In this document: positions 37,982 through 47,512 of the stretch, in pieces
Numbering within the stretch: position 1 is the first letter of the stretch
Layout: each line of letters begins with the position of its first letter
Source of the DNA: an uncultured Chloroflexia bacterium
GTDB taxonomy: Bacteria; Chloroflexota; Chloroflexia; Thermomicrobiales; CFX8
NCBI GenBank assembly: GCA_963709995.1
Contig: CAVPYN010000011.1
Coordinates: forward strand, 15,829 to 79,828
DNA length: 64,000 nt
Direction: 5' to 3'
The notes under the pieces: generated by a model
What the model was told of the DNA's origin: nothing
What the model saw: the letters and a program-made list of their open reading frames with translations, nothing else
The model's database searches: none
Program-made: the position numbers and the translations under genes

Positions 37982-39166
37982 ATGACGAACGTTGAAGTGG
38001 TCGTAGTTGGTGGCGGGGTGAATGGAGCCAGCGCGGCTTTCTACCTGGCCAGGGCCGGTGTCAAGAAGGTCGTCCTCCTGGAGCGGCGCCAGCTCGGCGC
38101 GGGCGCCAGTGGCAAAAGCGGCTCGCTGATCCGCACCCACTACACCAACCCGATCGAAGCGAAGATGGCCTTTGAGAGCCTCAAAGTCTTCCGCAACTGG
38201 TCGGAGATCGTCGGCGGTGACTGCGGTTTCGAATCGCCCGGCTTCCTCCAGATCGTCGCGCCCGAATACGAAGGACAACTCCGCGCGAACGTCGCCGACC
38301 ACCAGGCGCTCGGGATCAACACGAGGGTTCTAACCACCGATGAAATTCTGGAGATCGAACCGGCGACACGGGTCGACGACATCACTTGCGCCGCATACGA
38401 ACCCGACTCCGGCTTCGCCGACCCCAACGCGACACTCTACGGCTTCGTCAACGCCGCCCGCGATCTCGGCGTCGATGTCCGCACCGGCGTCGAAGCGACC
38501 CGATTGCTGGCTGAAGGCGACAAGATCACCGGCGTCGAGACGACCGGCGGCACCTTTCACGCCGACAACGTCGTCCTGATTCCCGGTCCCTGGGCCCAGC
38601 GGCTACTTTCACCGCTCGGCCTTGAGTTCGATCTGGAACCGCGCCGGGTCCAGGTCGCCGTCTTCCGTTGGCCCTACGGCTTCGACCACCGCCACCCGAT
38701 CTTCATCGACGATTCGCAGGAGGCATGGTTCCGTCCCGAGGGTGCCAATGGCACGCTGGTCGGGTTGGAGTCAGGAGTTGATGGAGCAGATCCGGACGAC
38801 ATCGCTGAAGGCGTCGACCGCGATTATGTCGAGCAGTGCCGCGCCGCCCTCTCCCACCGCCTGCCCGCCTTCGAGCATTCGACGATGCGTGGCGGCTGGG
38901 CCGGGGTCATCACGATGAGCGCCGATGGCCGACCCACCATCGACCAGATCCCCGCGTTCGCCGGCCTTTTCTGCATGTTGGGTGATAGTGGAACGTCCTT
39001 CAAGACGGCCCCCGCCATTGGCATGGGCCTGGCCGAATGGATCACCAGAGGCGAGCCCCAATCCTTCGACCTCCACCCCTTCCGCTCATCCCGCTTCGCC
39101 CAAGGCGACCTCTGGCTCGACGAAAACGCCTACGGACCGCATCGGGAGCGGACGATTTCACGATAG
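37982..39166 (+). CDS. FAD-dependent oxidoreductase (DAO family, sarcosine oxidase beta-like)
   Basis: MTNVEVVVVGGGVNGASAAFYLARAGVKKVVLLER. ATG 37982 lies within the longer ORF 37736..39166. Confidence 0.85.
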   Translation: MTNVEVVVVGGGVNGASAAFYLARAGVKKVVLLERRQLGAGASGKSGSLIRTHYTNPIEAKMAFESLKVFRNWSEIVGGDCGFESPGFLQIVAPEYEGQLRANVADHQALGINTRVLTTDEILEIEPATRVDDITCAAYEPDSGFADPNATLYGFVNAARDLGVDVRTGVEATRLLAEGDKITGVETTGGTFHADNVVLIPGPWAQRLLSPLGLEFDLEPRRVQVAVFRWPYGFDHRHPIFIDDSQEAWFRPEGANGTLVGLESGVDGADPDDIAEGVDRDYVEQCRAALSHRLPAFEHSTMRGGWAGVITMSADGRPTIDQIPAFAGLFCMLGDSGTSFKTAPAIGMGLAEWITRGEPQSFDLHPFRSSRFAQGDLWLDENAYGPHRERTISR

Positions 39167-39309
39167 TTGACCATCAGCACTCGCTCATTTCTTGCGTTAT
39201 TCGGCAATTGCGCTGAGAATAGGTATCCACCTCTCCGGATGGAGAGAGTGAACTCAGTTTGTTGCCCGTCTGGATAGACGGAGCGATAGTGTTGGAAAGG
39301 CGGCAGTCA

Positions 39310-40528
39310 ATGTCGACCCTCATAGTTCCGTTGGAAGTTGAATTCGCACGCCGGCGTCCGGTTCCGAACTTCCCTACTGTTATGCAGCACAACTTCACAG
39401 TTGCGGTTGCGAAAATCCCAACTGGGATCCCTCTCGACCCAAACCCAAGACAACAGAACACTAATCGCCGCGTTTATCAAGAGGTCGCCGAGAGTCTCCT
39501 CGAAGACGGTGGCCTCTTTTTTTTGCAGCATGGTGGCATGTTGATGCTTGTTGAACATGTCGAGAAAGTTGATGATCATCACTATCTGCTGCACCTTGAA
39601 GAAGGACGCGACGGTATTGCCGACGGAGGGCATAGTTACAGGCTCTTTCGAGACATCATCGAAGGTGAAGAGACGGACGTTCCTTCAAACCAATTCATTG
39701 ACATCACCGTGTTCTCCGGAACCGAAAACATCCCTGACTTTAAATCACTCCGACATTGCTGGACCACGTAACCAGGGGATGCAGGTTCAGCCAATGTCAA
39801 TCGCCAATCAAGACCAGCGATTTGAGTGGATTCAGAATCGGCTCAAACGAGAGCGGTACTACAGCGATATTGCATGGCGCGAAAACGAAAATAAACTCTT
39901 CGATGCTCGCGACATTCTCGCATTCATGGCGGCAGTGTCACCATTCTGGACCCCGATAGATAGTGATCACTATCCAATGGGGGCGTATTCGCGCAAGTGG
40001 GCCGTATTGGAGCGATTCCTAGACCATGAGGAGGATTTTCGGCCATTGGAGGGCATCCTTCCTGAAATCCTTGAACTTTACGACCGCATCCGGTTCGAAG
40101 CCCGAGATCACTGGAATACGGGAACTGGGGATAGACGGTTTGGTCGACTTCGCATTGCGCAAAGCCGAAAGCGGGGCAAGTTTGTATTCCCGTTTATCGG
40201 AGCAACGTCACCAGACTATCAAATGAGGCATTCAGCAGCACTTCCGATGCTCGGTGCGTTCCGCAGAATGGTAGTGCTTGGGGCCGGATCAGACCTCGCC
40301 GAGTGGGATGGGGGATTCGAGAATGTACTTGACGTTTGGAGAACTTCAGCTGCTGAGATGATCGCTATTGCACGAGACACATCCTCAACGATAACGAACA
40401 TGACTGCGTTGGGACGGACGAGATCATACTGGGCCCAGCTTGACGCGGTTGTGCAGAAATCGAATCTTGCGGCCGAAAATCGCCGTCTCCAAAAACAGAT
40501 CGAAGAACTCACCCGTACCAGGCAGTAG
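39310..40528 (+). pseudogene. AIPR-like (abortive infection phage resistance) family gene split by one frame break near 39730-39765, on a low-GC islet
   Basis: ORF 39259..39771 (DPNPRQQNTNRRVYQEVAESLLEDGGLFFLQHGGM...GIADGGHSYRLF) and ORF 39548..40528 (HSDIAGPRNQGMQVQPMSIANQDQRF...) together follow the AIPR domain pattern as I recall it. GC content is about 45%, against 60-65% in the flanks. Confidence 0.5.
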
Positions 40529-40547
40529 ATTGAATCGACGATAGAAA

Positions 40548-40581
40548 CACAGGACCGTGCCGCGTAAGGCACGGTCCTGTG
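40548..40581 (+). terminator. Strong hairpin terminator downstream of the AIPR-like gene
   Basis: CACAGGACCGTGCC gcgtaa GGCACGGTCCTGTG forms a perfect 14-bp stem 20 nt after the stop. Confidence 0.7.
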
Positions 40582-40664
40582 CCATTATTCGCTCACGCAA
40601 ATCTCTCAATCAGATTTTCGGGGACTAACCGCTCTCGCGAATCAGTTGACGAGGAAACTTCGAT

Positions 40665-40865
40665 GAGTTCACGTAGCAACTGCAACGCACAATCGAATTC
40701 ATGAGCATCGAAGGTCTCAAATGGCGAGTAGGCGTAGAGGTATTAGAGGCCTACGATGGCCGTGGGACTGCCCAGCTGGATCAGGGCGTCGTCATCGCTG
40801 CCGAGGTACTCCTAGAGGCCATGCCGGATCACTATGCCCGATCAGCTAGCGACATCGGAACCGCT
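40665..40865 (-). pseudogene. Orphan degenerate copy of the 3' end of an M42 peptidase gene (relic 3)
   Basis: The nucleotide sequence aligns by eye with 45650-45850 of the intact gene (e.g. ctggatcagggcgtcg.catcgctgccga). The minus-strand translation ...YSPFETFDAHEFDCALQLL is interrupted by stop codons. Confidence 0.55.
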
Positions 40866-40870
40866 GCCGT

Positions 40871-41758
40871 TCAGGCACCTGCCGTCGTGGGCCCATAGGT
40901 CGCAACCAACATGCCGTAGTACATCGGGACCTCATACGAGAGCAGGTCGACGGACATCGGGACGACTTCGAGCGCGCCGCCGAGGACGAGGGCCTGCCAG
41001 AGACCGTCGATGACGGCGTCGGCGATCAGATCTTCTTCCAGGTCGATTAGCCTCAATGGATCGTTGTCGCGGATGGCGGAGACGACCACGGCATCGACCT
41101 GCTCCGCAGCCGGGTGATAGCCGTAGGGCGAGCCTTCAACGTGTTTGTGCGACCAGTCGCAGGAGGCGATCAGCGCCACCCGCCTCTCGCTCGCTTCGGC
41201 GACCTCGGCAATCGCCCGGCCAAAGGTGACGTTCATCTCGCGCGGCAGGTGCCGGGAAGGCGTCGCTATCACCACCGGCGGGCCAGTTGGCGCGGGATCG
41301 CCGTGGTCGTAGTTGGCTGTCACGTGGCCGTAGCCTGGGAGATCGGTGTCGTGACCGGCGAACCAGAGCGGCGTCATCAGACCCCAATCCATCGGCAGAA
41401 TCGCGGCTCTGGGATCGGTTCCGCCATAACCGACTTCAGCTATCGGTAGCTCCATCGCTCTGGCCCGCTCGATGATTTCTCCGGTCAAGTCCATGTCGAC
41501 CGGCAGGTTCATCTCCACCGTCCGGTCCTTCCAGTGCAGGATACCGGTTGCCCGGCGGACATCCGCAATCGCTATCGCGTCCTTGACCCGCACACCATGC
41601 GGCGCAACGATGACGATCGCATCGAGGTCGAGCGCCTTGAACCGGCGTGTCAGTTCGTGCAAGGCCGCGCGAGTCTGCGACGCCCCTTCGGCATCGTCGC
41701 TCATCGCCGGGATCAATGGAAACCCGTGCGGCGAGATCGCCGCGCCAACCAACGGCAT
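40871..41758 (-). CDS. Class III extradiol dioxygenase subunit B (LigB-family) protein
   Basis: MPLVGAAISPHGFPLIP...IVIVAPHG...IASCDWSHKH is typical of LigB/AmmeMemoRadiSam-B-like folds. Start at the internal Met with a GAGGA SD; the longest ORF starts at 41818. Confidence 0.75.
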   Translation of the reverse strand: MPLVGAAISPHGFPLIPAMSDDAEGASQTRAALHELTRRFKALDLDAIVIVAPHGVRVKDAIAIADVRRATGILHWKDRTVEMNLPVDMDLTGEIIERARAMELPIAEVGYGGTDPRAAILPMDWGLMTPLWFAGHDTDLPGYGHVTANYDHGDPAPTGPPVVIATPSRHLPREMNVTFGRAIAEVAEASERRVALIASCDWSHKHVEGSPYGYHPAAEQVDAVVVSAIRDNDPLRLIDLEEDLIADAVIDGLWQALVLGGALEVVPMSVDLLSYEVPMYYGMLVATYGPTTAGA

Positions 41759-41901
41759 CGCTATCCTCGATCTTTTCGTGTATCTGCAACTGGTATATCG
41801 GTCACCAGCCGACCGCATCGTACAACGTCGAGACTGCTAGAGTGTTATCGATCCAACGAATGTCACAGGGACCGATAATCAGGACCAATGAAGGACTCCC
41901 G

Positions 41902-42972
41902 ATGATGACAACCGATTGGCCCGTCGTCGCTCAACGCATTGTCGACGCCCTGTCACTTGAACCTGGCATGCTGGTGCAGCTAGGCGAACGGAGTGGCCGC
42001 CCGGAAGTGCTGGCGGAGATCCTGCTGGCTCTCGAACGGCGTGGCGCAACGCCGCTGATCGAGTACCTCCCACCGGACTACCTGGGCCGCCTGCTCGCAT
42101 CGACCGATCCGGGTATGCTGGCGAACTGGGACCGGCATCGATTAGGGTGGCTGGAGCGGGCCGACCGGCTACTGGTATTGGGCGGCGACTATCCCGACTT
42201 CGACGCCACGCCGCCTGAGGCGCTCAATTCCTGGCGGCAGGCGACGGAGCGGCTCACACGGACCGAAGAGGAGCGGCGGCTTCCGATGGTACTCGTCGCG
42301 ATCCCGACGGCGAGCAGAGCCGAACGGCTCGGCGTGACGTTCGACGAGCTGGAATCGATCGTCCTGCCCGCCATCGCAGCCACGCCGGAAGCCCTACAAC
42401 GTGAGATCGACCGCGTGCTGCCACATCTCCTCAACGCTGGCCGGATCACGATCGGCAACCCGGACGGCTCGACACTGGAGCTCGAACTGAAAGGCCGCCC
42501 TGGCACACCGACACCGGAGTCATCCCGGCGACATCGGAGATCCAGCCGGTCATCAACCTGCCGGCCGGGTCGGTCTACACGACCGTCGTCGAGGATAGCG
42601 CCACAGGTCGCCTCCACCTCCCGCGTGCCGGCGACGCCCGCGATGTCGTGCTCACCTTCGAGGCAGGGCCGGATCGTCTCGATCCAGGCCAGTGAGGGCT
42701 CCGACGAGTTGGCGACGATGTTCGACCAACACAGCGGCGAACCGCGCCGGATCAGCCACATCGGCATCGGCCTCAACCCGGAACTGCACCGAGAGGTCGA
42801 CTGGGTTCTCGTCGACGAGCACCGCCTCGGTAGCCTCTTTATCGCCTTCGGTGAAAATCGCTACCTCGGTGGCCAGAACGTCTCGTCGCTCAACGTCGAC
42901 TTCGTGACAGCCAGCGCGAGCCTCTACGCTGGCGACCGCCTCATCGTCGGTACTGGTCGCGTCGTCGTCTAA
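41902..42972 (+). CDS. M29-family (aminopeptidase T/PepS-like) aminopeptidase with two compensating frame breaks
   Basis: The N- and C-terminal parts are family-like (HIGIGLNP...SSLNVDFV). Codons encoded by 42498-42669 read as an Arg/Ser/Pro-rich string in the ORF frame. The alternative frame gives WHTDTGVIPATSEIQPVINLPAGSVYTTVVEDSATGRLHLP. Confidence 0.7.
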   Translation: MMTTDWPVVAQRIVDALSLEPGMLVQLGERSGRPEVLAEILLALERRGATPLIEYLPPDYLGRLLASTDPGMLANWDRHRLGWLERADRLLVLGGDYPDFDATPPEALNSWRQATERLTRTEEERRLPMVLVAIPTASRAERLGVTFDELESIVLPAIAATPEALQREIDRVLPHLLNAGRITIGNPDGSTLELELKGRPGTPTPESSRRHRRSSRSSTCRPGRSTRPSSRIAPQVASTSRVPATPAMSCSPSRQGRIVSIQASEGSDELATMFDQHSGEPRRISHIGIGLNPELHREVDWVLVDEHRLGSLFIAFGENRYLGGQNVSSLNVDFVTASASLYAGDRLIVGTGRVVV

Positions 42973-43123
42973 GCTGCCCGCTCCAACCTATCCGTTCCCT
43001 TCTCCTGCCACCGTCCGACTAGACTAACGCCGCGGCGAGATTGTGGCGGGTCTGGATGGATCAGTGCGGCGGATGCGATTACCATTCCAAGCGACCGGCG
43101 CGGGTAGCGGTGAACCACCCAGA

Positions 43124-44363
43124 ATGTCGTCGCGCGTTCTGGCCTCGCCGGTCTATCGCCGCCTCTGGTTCTCTGGGAGTGCTCTACTACAGCGCCTACT
43201 GGGTTGAGATCATCACGACCGGTTGGATCGTCCTGCGAAGTCACCGGTTCTCCCTTCCAGCTCGGGTTGAGCGCGTTCTTTCGCACGCTGCCAATGCTCC
43301 TCTTTGGCTCGGCTTTCGGCGTATTGGCCGACCGCGTGCGACGCATCAACATTCTGATCGGAATCCACGCGGTCGACCTCTTCGTCGCTCTGACGCTCGC
43401 GATCCTGTTCATGCTCGGCATGGAGTCGATCTGGATTATTTACCCAATGGTCGCACTTATCGGTTGTGGCTGGGCCGCCGATTTCTCGGCGCGGCGTTCA
43501 CTGATCGACGAGATACAGGAACGGTCGTTGCTGGCAAACTCAATGTCGCTCGAAGCGCTCTCAATGAGCGGGTCGAAGATCGTTGCGACGACGACTGCCG
43601 GACTGCTCCTGACCATCGGTGAAGTCGGCGCTGGGCTACTGGTTTCTGGCAGGTCTCTACGCGCTTCGGCTTCCTCTGGTTGCTCGATCTCCGGTCGGCG
43701 GCTGCCATTCAGCGAGCGCACCGCCAGCCGAGACAATCCGGTTGATCACGTCGATGCGAAGCGGCTGGACAGTGATGTTGCGCACGCCGGTCGTGCGCGG
43801 GGTCTTCATCGTCACGGTCATCATCAATGTGTTGGTGTTCCCTTACCAACAGCTTATCGCAATCATCGCCAGCGACATCTTGTCGGTCGGCCCTTTCTGG
43901 ATGGGTTTGCTGGCCAGCGCTGATGGCGTTGGTGCGATCGCAACCGGAGTCTGGCTGGCATTTGGCGCTGGACCGACCCGGCAGGGAGCCATCTTCGCCA
44001 GCGCGTCTGACCGCTACAGCGGCCTTGCTCGTCGCTCTCGCACTGTCGCCCATCTTTGCCTTGTCGTTGGCGATCCAGCTCGCGGTCGGCGTCTGCATCG
44101 GTTTCTTCGGCGCTTATCAGGCGGCGCTGGTCCTCAGCGCAACGCCAGTCGAATCTAGAGCCCGCGCGCTCGGTCTCATCGCAACCGCCATCGGTCTGAC
44201 CCCATTCGGCATGCTCCTGATCGGCGGTCTGTCCTCAACCGCTGGCGCCCAGGTCGCGATCGTCACAACTGGCACACTCGGCCTGATCGGGTTGCTCTCG
44301 GTCTTGTCATTCAACCGTTCGCTTCGGGAAGCGCAAATCGCGATCGATACCGCCTCTTCATGA
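43124..44363 (+). pseudogene. MFS transporter (EntS/MFS_3-like) broken by at least four frame shifts
   Basis: The conserved protein can be followed through five frames. These are MSSRVLASPVYRRLWFSGS (43124), LYYSAYWVEIITTGWIVL, TGSPFQLGLSAFFRTLPMLLFGSAFGVLADR..., YWFLAGLYALRL...LLASADGVGAIATG and LTATAALLVALALSPIF...LGLIATAIGLTPFG (to 44363). Confidence 0.7.
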
Positions 44364-44451
44364 ATCCGGGGATGTCAAGCGTCGATACAGGTGAGCGAAC
44401 TGCATGAACAGACTGGGAATCAATCGCAACAACGTTGGTGCCCACGGAAGC

Positions 44452-44991
44452 CTACGCGTCAAAACACAGCGCGTAGATTGTTTCGCGAGCCAGATCAGGT
44501 TCAGTGCTTCCCAGGGGCACAAACCCATTCTTCTCGAGCACGCGCACCGAAGCGGGGTTGTCACTGGCAACGCCTCCCGCGATCGAGCGGATATGCCCCT
44601 GCCTTCGACACCAACCAACAAAGCCTTCGACGAGTTCACTGGCCAGCCCGCTACCCCAGGTCGACTCGGCCATCAGGTAGCCGAGGCGAACGTCAACGCC
44701 TTCAATAGCTGCCGACTCGAAGAGAATGATCAATCCAACTGGTTCGCCGCTGTTGCGGTTCGCGACCAGCAGCGTCTGTCCCTGCGCGTCGCGCTCGGCA
44801 ATCCATGCCGCAGCCCGATCCAGGTCATAGGCGCCTTGCCAACCGGGCGGGAGCGCACGAGTTACGGGTTCGGTCATGAGCGACACAATGATTTGCGAAA
44901 GATTCCAACGATCTCCACTGTTGTCTACCCACCGATGCCATTCATCAACGGTCAATCGCGCAGTTTCGTATGAGCACGCTTCACAGACCAT
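44452..44991 (-). CDS. GNAT-family N-acetyltransferase
   Basis: 179 aa. The acetyl-CoA binding region is GYLMAESTWGSGLASELVEGFVGW...NPASVRVLEKNGF. Confidence 0.85.
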   Translation of the reverse strand: MVCEACSYETARLTVDEWHRWVDNSGDRWNLSQIIVSLMTEPVTRALPPGWQGAYDLDRAAAWIAERDAQGQTLLVANRNSGEPVGLIILFESAAIEGVDVRLGYLMAESTWGSGLASELVEGFVGWCRRQGHIRSIAGGVASDNPASVRVLEKNGFVPLGSTEPDLARETIYALCFDA

Positions 44992-45062
44992 GCGTGTCGC
45001 CTTCCGAATCTATTTGATAGTCGATCCCACAGCTCATATGCCTTACGACGTAGGCGAAGGAA

Positions 45063-45350
45063 TCACAACGAACGTTGAACCTGCCTTAGCGCTTCATCAA
45101 AATCATCCAGCTCGAATGTTTCGAACGGCGAGTCCGCATTGCAGGTCTGGGGGCCGGTGTTGGCGGGCGGGAACCTTGCTGAACCAGCGCCTAGCCATCG
45201 CTGCCAGAATGTTCCCAAACTCCGTGCTGGGCCGGAAAGTCGGCTGCCACGTTGGCGAACCACCAGGTCAAGTCCTTCGTATAGTGAACGCGGGCATCTG
45301 TGTGCACGACCGCCAACTTTCGCCGAAGCGGATCGGGAGAGTGCGGCGGC
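45063..45350 (-). pseudogene. Orphan degenerate copy of the last ~95 codons of an M42 peptidase gene (relic 2), immediately downstream of hicB
   Basis: The minus-strand translation in shifting frames gives ...VHTDARVHYTKDL...AQHGVWEHSGSDG*ALVQQG...SPFETFELDDFDEALRQV. The intact gene has VHKDARTHYTKDL...VQHAVWEFFGSDGDALIQQG...APFETFDLDDFEWALQLV. Confidence 0.55.
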
Positions 45351-45356
45351 CATCAG

Positions 45357-45578
45357 CTAACGGTCGACGTCTACGACCCCGGCATCGACGGTCGGTGGAG
45401 GGTCTGGCAACGGTTCGCAGTCTTCAAGGAGAGATCCGAGATACAGGTCGATCGCCTCTCTGAGGAGATCGGCCACCTGGTCTAGTGTATCGCCTGTTGC
45501 GATGCAGACAGGCAAATCAGGTACGTATCCGGAGAAATTGTCGCCAGCAGCTTCGATGACAATAGCGTAGCGTCTCAT
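45357..45578 (-). CDS. hicB: HicB-like antitoxin (UPF0150 fold), with no adjacent hicA
   Basis: MRRYAIVIEAAGDNFSGYVPDLPVCIATGDTLDQVADLLREAIDLYL is the classic HicB N-terminal domain. SD GGAGGGAAGGA precedes the internal Met at 45578. Confidence 0.7.
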   Translation of the reverse strand: MRRYAIVIEAAGDNFSGYVPDLPVCIATGDTLDQVADLLREAIDLYLGSLLEDCEPLPDPPPTVDAGVVDVDR

Positions 45579-45625
45579 CCTGGCGGTCCTTCCCTCCATC
45601 CAGCTTGCTTCTGGATATTGTTCCG

Positions 45626-46685
45626 CTACGACACTGGAGGCGCCGTGGTGACGAATGCTTGCACCAGCTGCAACGCCCACTCGAAATCATCCAGATCGAA
45701 TGTCTCGAAGGGTGCGTGGGTGTAGCGGGTCTGGAGTCCGATAAGCGCGGTCGGGATGCCTTGCTGGATCAGGGCGTCGCCATCGCTGCCGAAGAACTCC
45801 CAGACCGCGTGCTGGACCGGGATGCCGGCTGAGTCCGCAACGTCGGAGAGTCGCCAGATCAGGTCCTTGGTGTAGTGGGTGCGGGCGTCCTTGTGGACGA
45901 GCGTCGGGCCACCACCGAGCCGGGTTGGCAGCGAGCGGCGGTCGACGGTTGGAATGTCGCCGACCGGGCCATTGTCGAGCGCAATCGCTAGATCGATGTC
46001 CAGATCATGGCGGATCGAGCTAGCCCCGACCAGCCCGATCTCCTCCTGGATCGTTGCGCAGAAGTAGAGATCATAGGCCAGCTCATCGCGGTCGGGATCT
46101 TCGAGCAGCAGGGTCATGATCGCCAGCGCGAAGCGGTCGTCGACGGCCTTGCCGGTGACCCGATTCCGCACACGCCGCGTCGGTGGATTCCAGATCACCC
46201 CTGCGCCGGAATGCACGCCCAGCTCCAGCGCTTCCTCGCGCGACGAGACGCCGATATCGACGAAGAAGTTGTAGTAATCGAGCTTCTGGTTGCGCTGCTG
46301 CTCGGTCAGGATGTGACCACTCGTCGTAGCGAAGTGGCCTTCAATGTGCGCGTCCCGGCCGATGATCAGCGCAGGCTGGCCGACCGGATAGCGCTGGGCG
46401 ACGTCGCTGCGCGGGTTCTGCGCGCCCGGCCAGCCAGACGAAGCCGTCCTGATCGATGCTGCGCACGACGAATCCGATCTCGTCGGCGTGGCCCGTGATC
46501 AGCAACTTCGGCCCCGAGCCGCCGACGTGGGCGAAGAGGTTGCCGCCACGTGCCGTCCAGATCTCTTCGACCTGTCCTTGCCAGCGAGCCCGGAGCCAGT
46601 CCATCACCGGACTCTCCTGGCCTGTCGGTCCCGGCAGTTCCATCAGTTCCTTCATGATCTCGTAGCTACTGTCGTGGTCGGTCAT
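45626..46685 (-). CDS. M42-family peptidase (glutamyl aminopeptidase / FrvX-like) with one frame break near 46430-46440
   Basis: The N-terminus MTDHDSSYEIMKELMELPGPTGQE...LITGHADEIGFVV is in ORF 46341..46724. The rest (WPGAQNPRSDV...GKAVDDRFALA...FCATIQEEIGLVGA...RYTHAPFETF) is in the frame of ORF 45626..46216, which I traced open up to ~46440. Confidence 0.8.
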
Positions 46686-46788
46686 ATCCGTGCCCCTTGC
46701 CCTGTCCATCGCCTTGTTGGGCAAGATAGCACGGGAACGTCAGATACCTCTCCACCCACATGGCAACCAGCCAGATTGACGGGATTTG

Positions 46789-47512
46789 CTAGCCCTCGCC
46801 GACCGTTCTGGACGTTGCAAGAAGGATCTTCTTCTGCGAAATCCGGAGTTCCAAGTTCCCAATTTCCAACCGAATGCGCTGATACTCCGCTTCCCAATGG
46901 GGTGGCCAGGGTAAACCTGCAGACCTTCGTTGCGAACGAAGATACTCGGCTGCGTCCTTGCGTTCTGTGAAACGCCGGAGCTGAACGATGAGATACCTCA
47001 TCTCTGCTCGAATCTCATCAAACAGTTTCAGCGTTGCCATCCAGTCATGCAGCCGATCTATCGTGGCAAGAATCTGCTTGTATTCGATTTCGAGGTCTTC
47101 TGGCCGGAAGGGTCGATCCTGAGGGTGGACGCAATCGCATCCGATCAGCCCGGCGTCTCCGGCGGTTCAACGTGGAAAGTTCTTGACGGGCTTGTTGGAG
47201 CTCGAAGAATAGCTCCCGTGAGGAGCTTCGAACCTCATCGCTGAGCGAAACACCCACTGGCCGGACCGCAACTGCTTCTTCATCCTGACGACTCAGGTAC
47301 TCCAGGTATATCTCGGGGGCAAGGCTACGCAACGTCGACCGGAGCTGTAGGCGCTCCCTCTTTTCGCTGGAGTCAAGACCCTCGCGCCGCTTGGATGCCT
47401 CAAGTTCCAACAACCGTCGCAGCTTTGCTCTAGCGACCCGCTGATCATTCTCCTGAAAGCTATTGACGTAGTCCGATATACGACGTGGCTGCTCGTGAAG
47501 TGCCTGTGCCAT
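46789..47512 (-). CDS. Hypothetical coiled-coil-rich protein, low GC, one frame break near 47150
   Basis: ORF 47045..47602 (from MAQALHEQPRR) turns Arg-rich after ...ELSTLNRR. The frame of ORF 46789..47040 is open upstream and reads ...RPEDLEIEYKQILATIDRLHDWMATLKLFDE. No family recognised. Confidence 0.4.

Noticed and set aside
40701-40898. ORF 40701..40898(+) as a gene
   Set aside because: It is the antisense of the degenerate M42 3' relic and overlaps the ligB-like stop. No start context.
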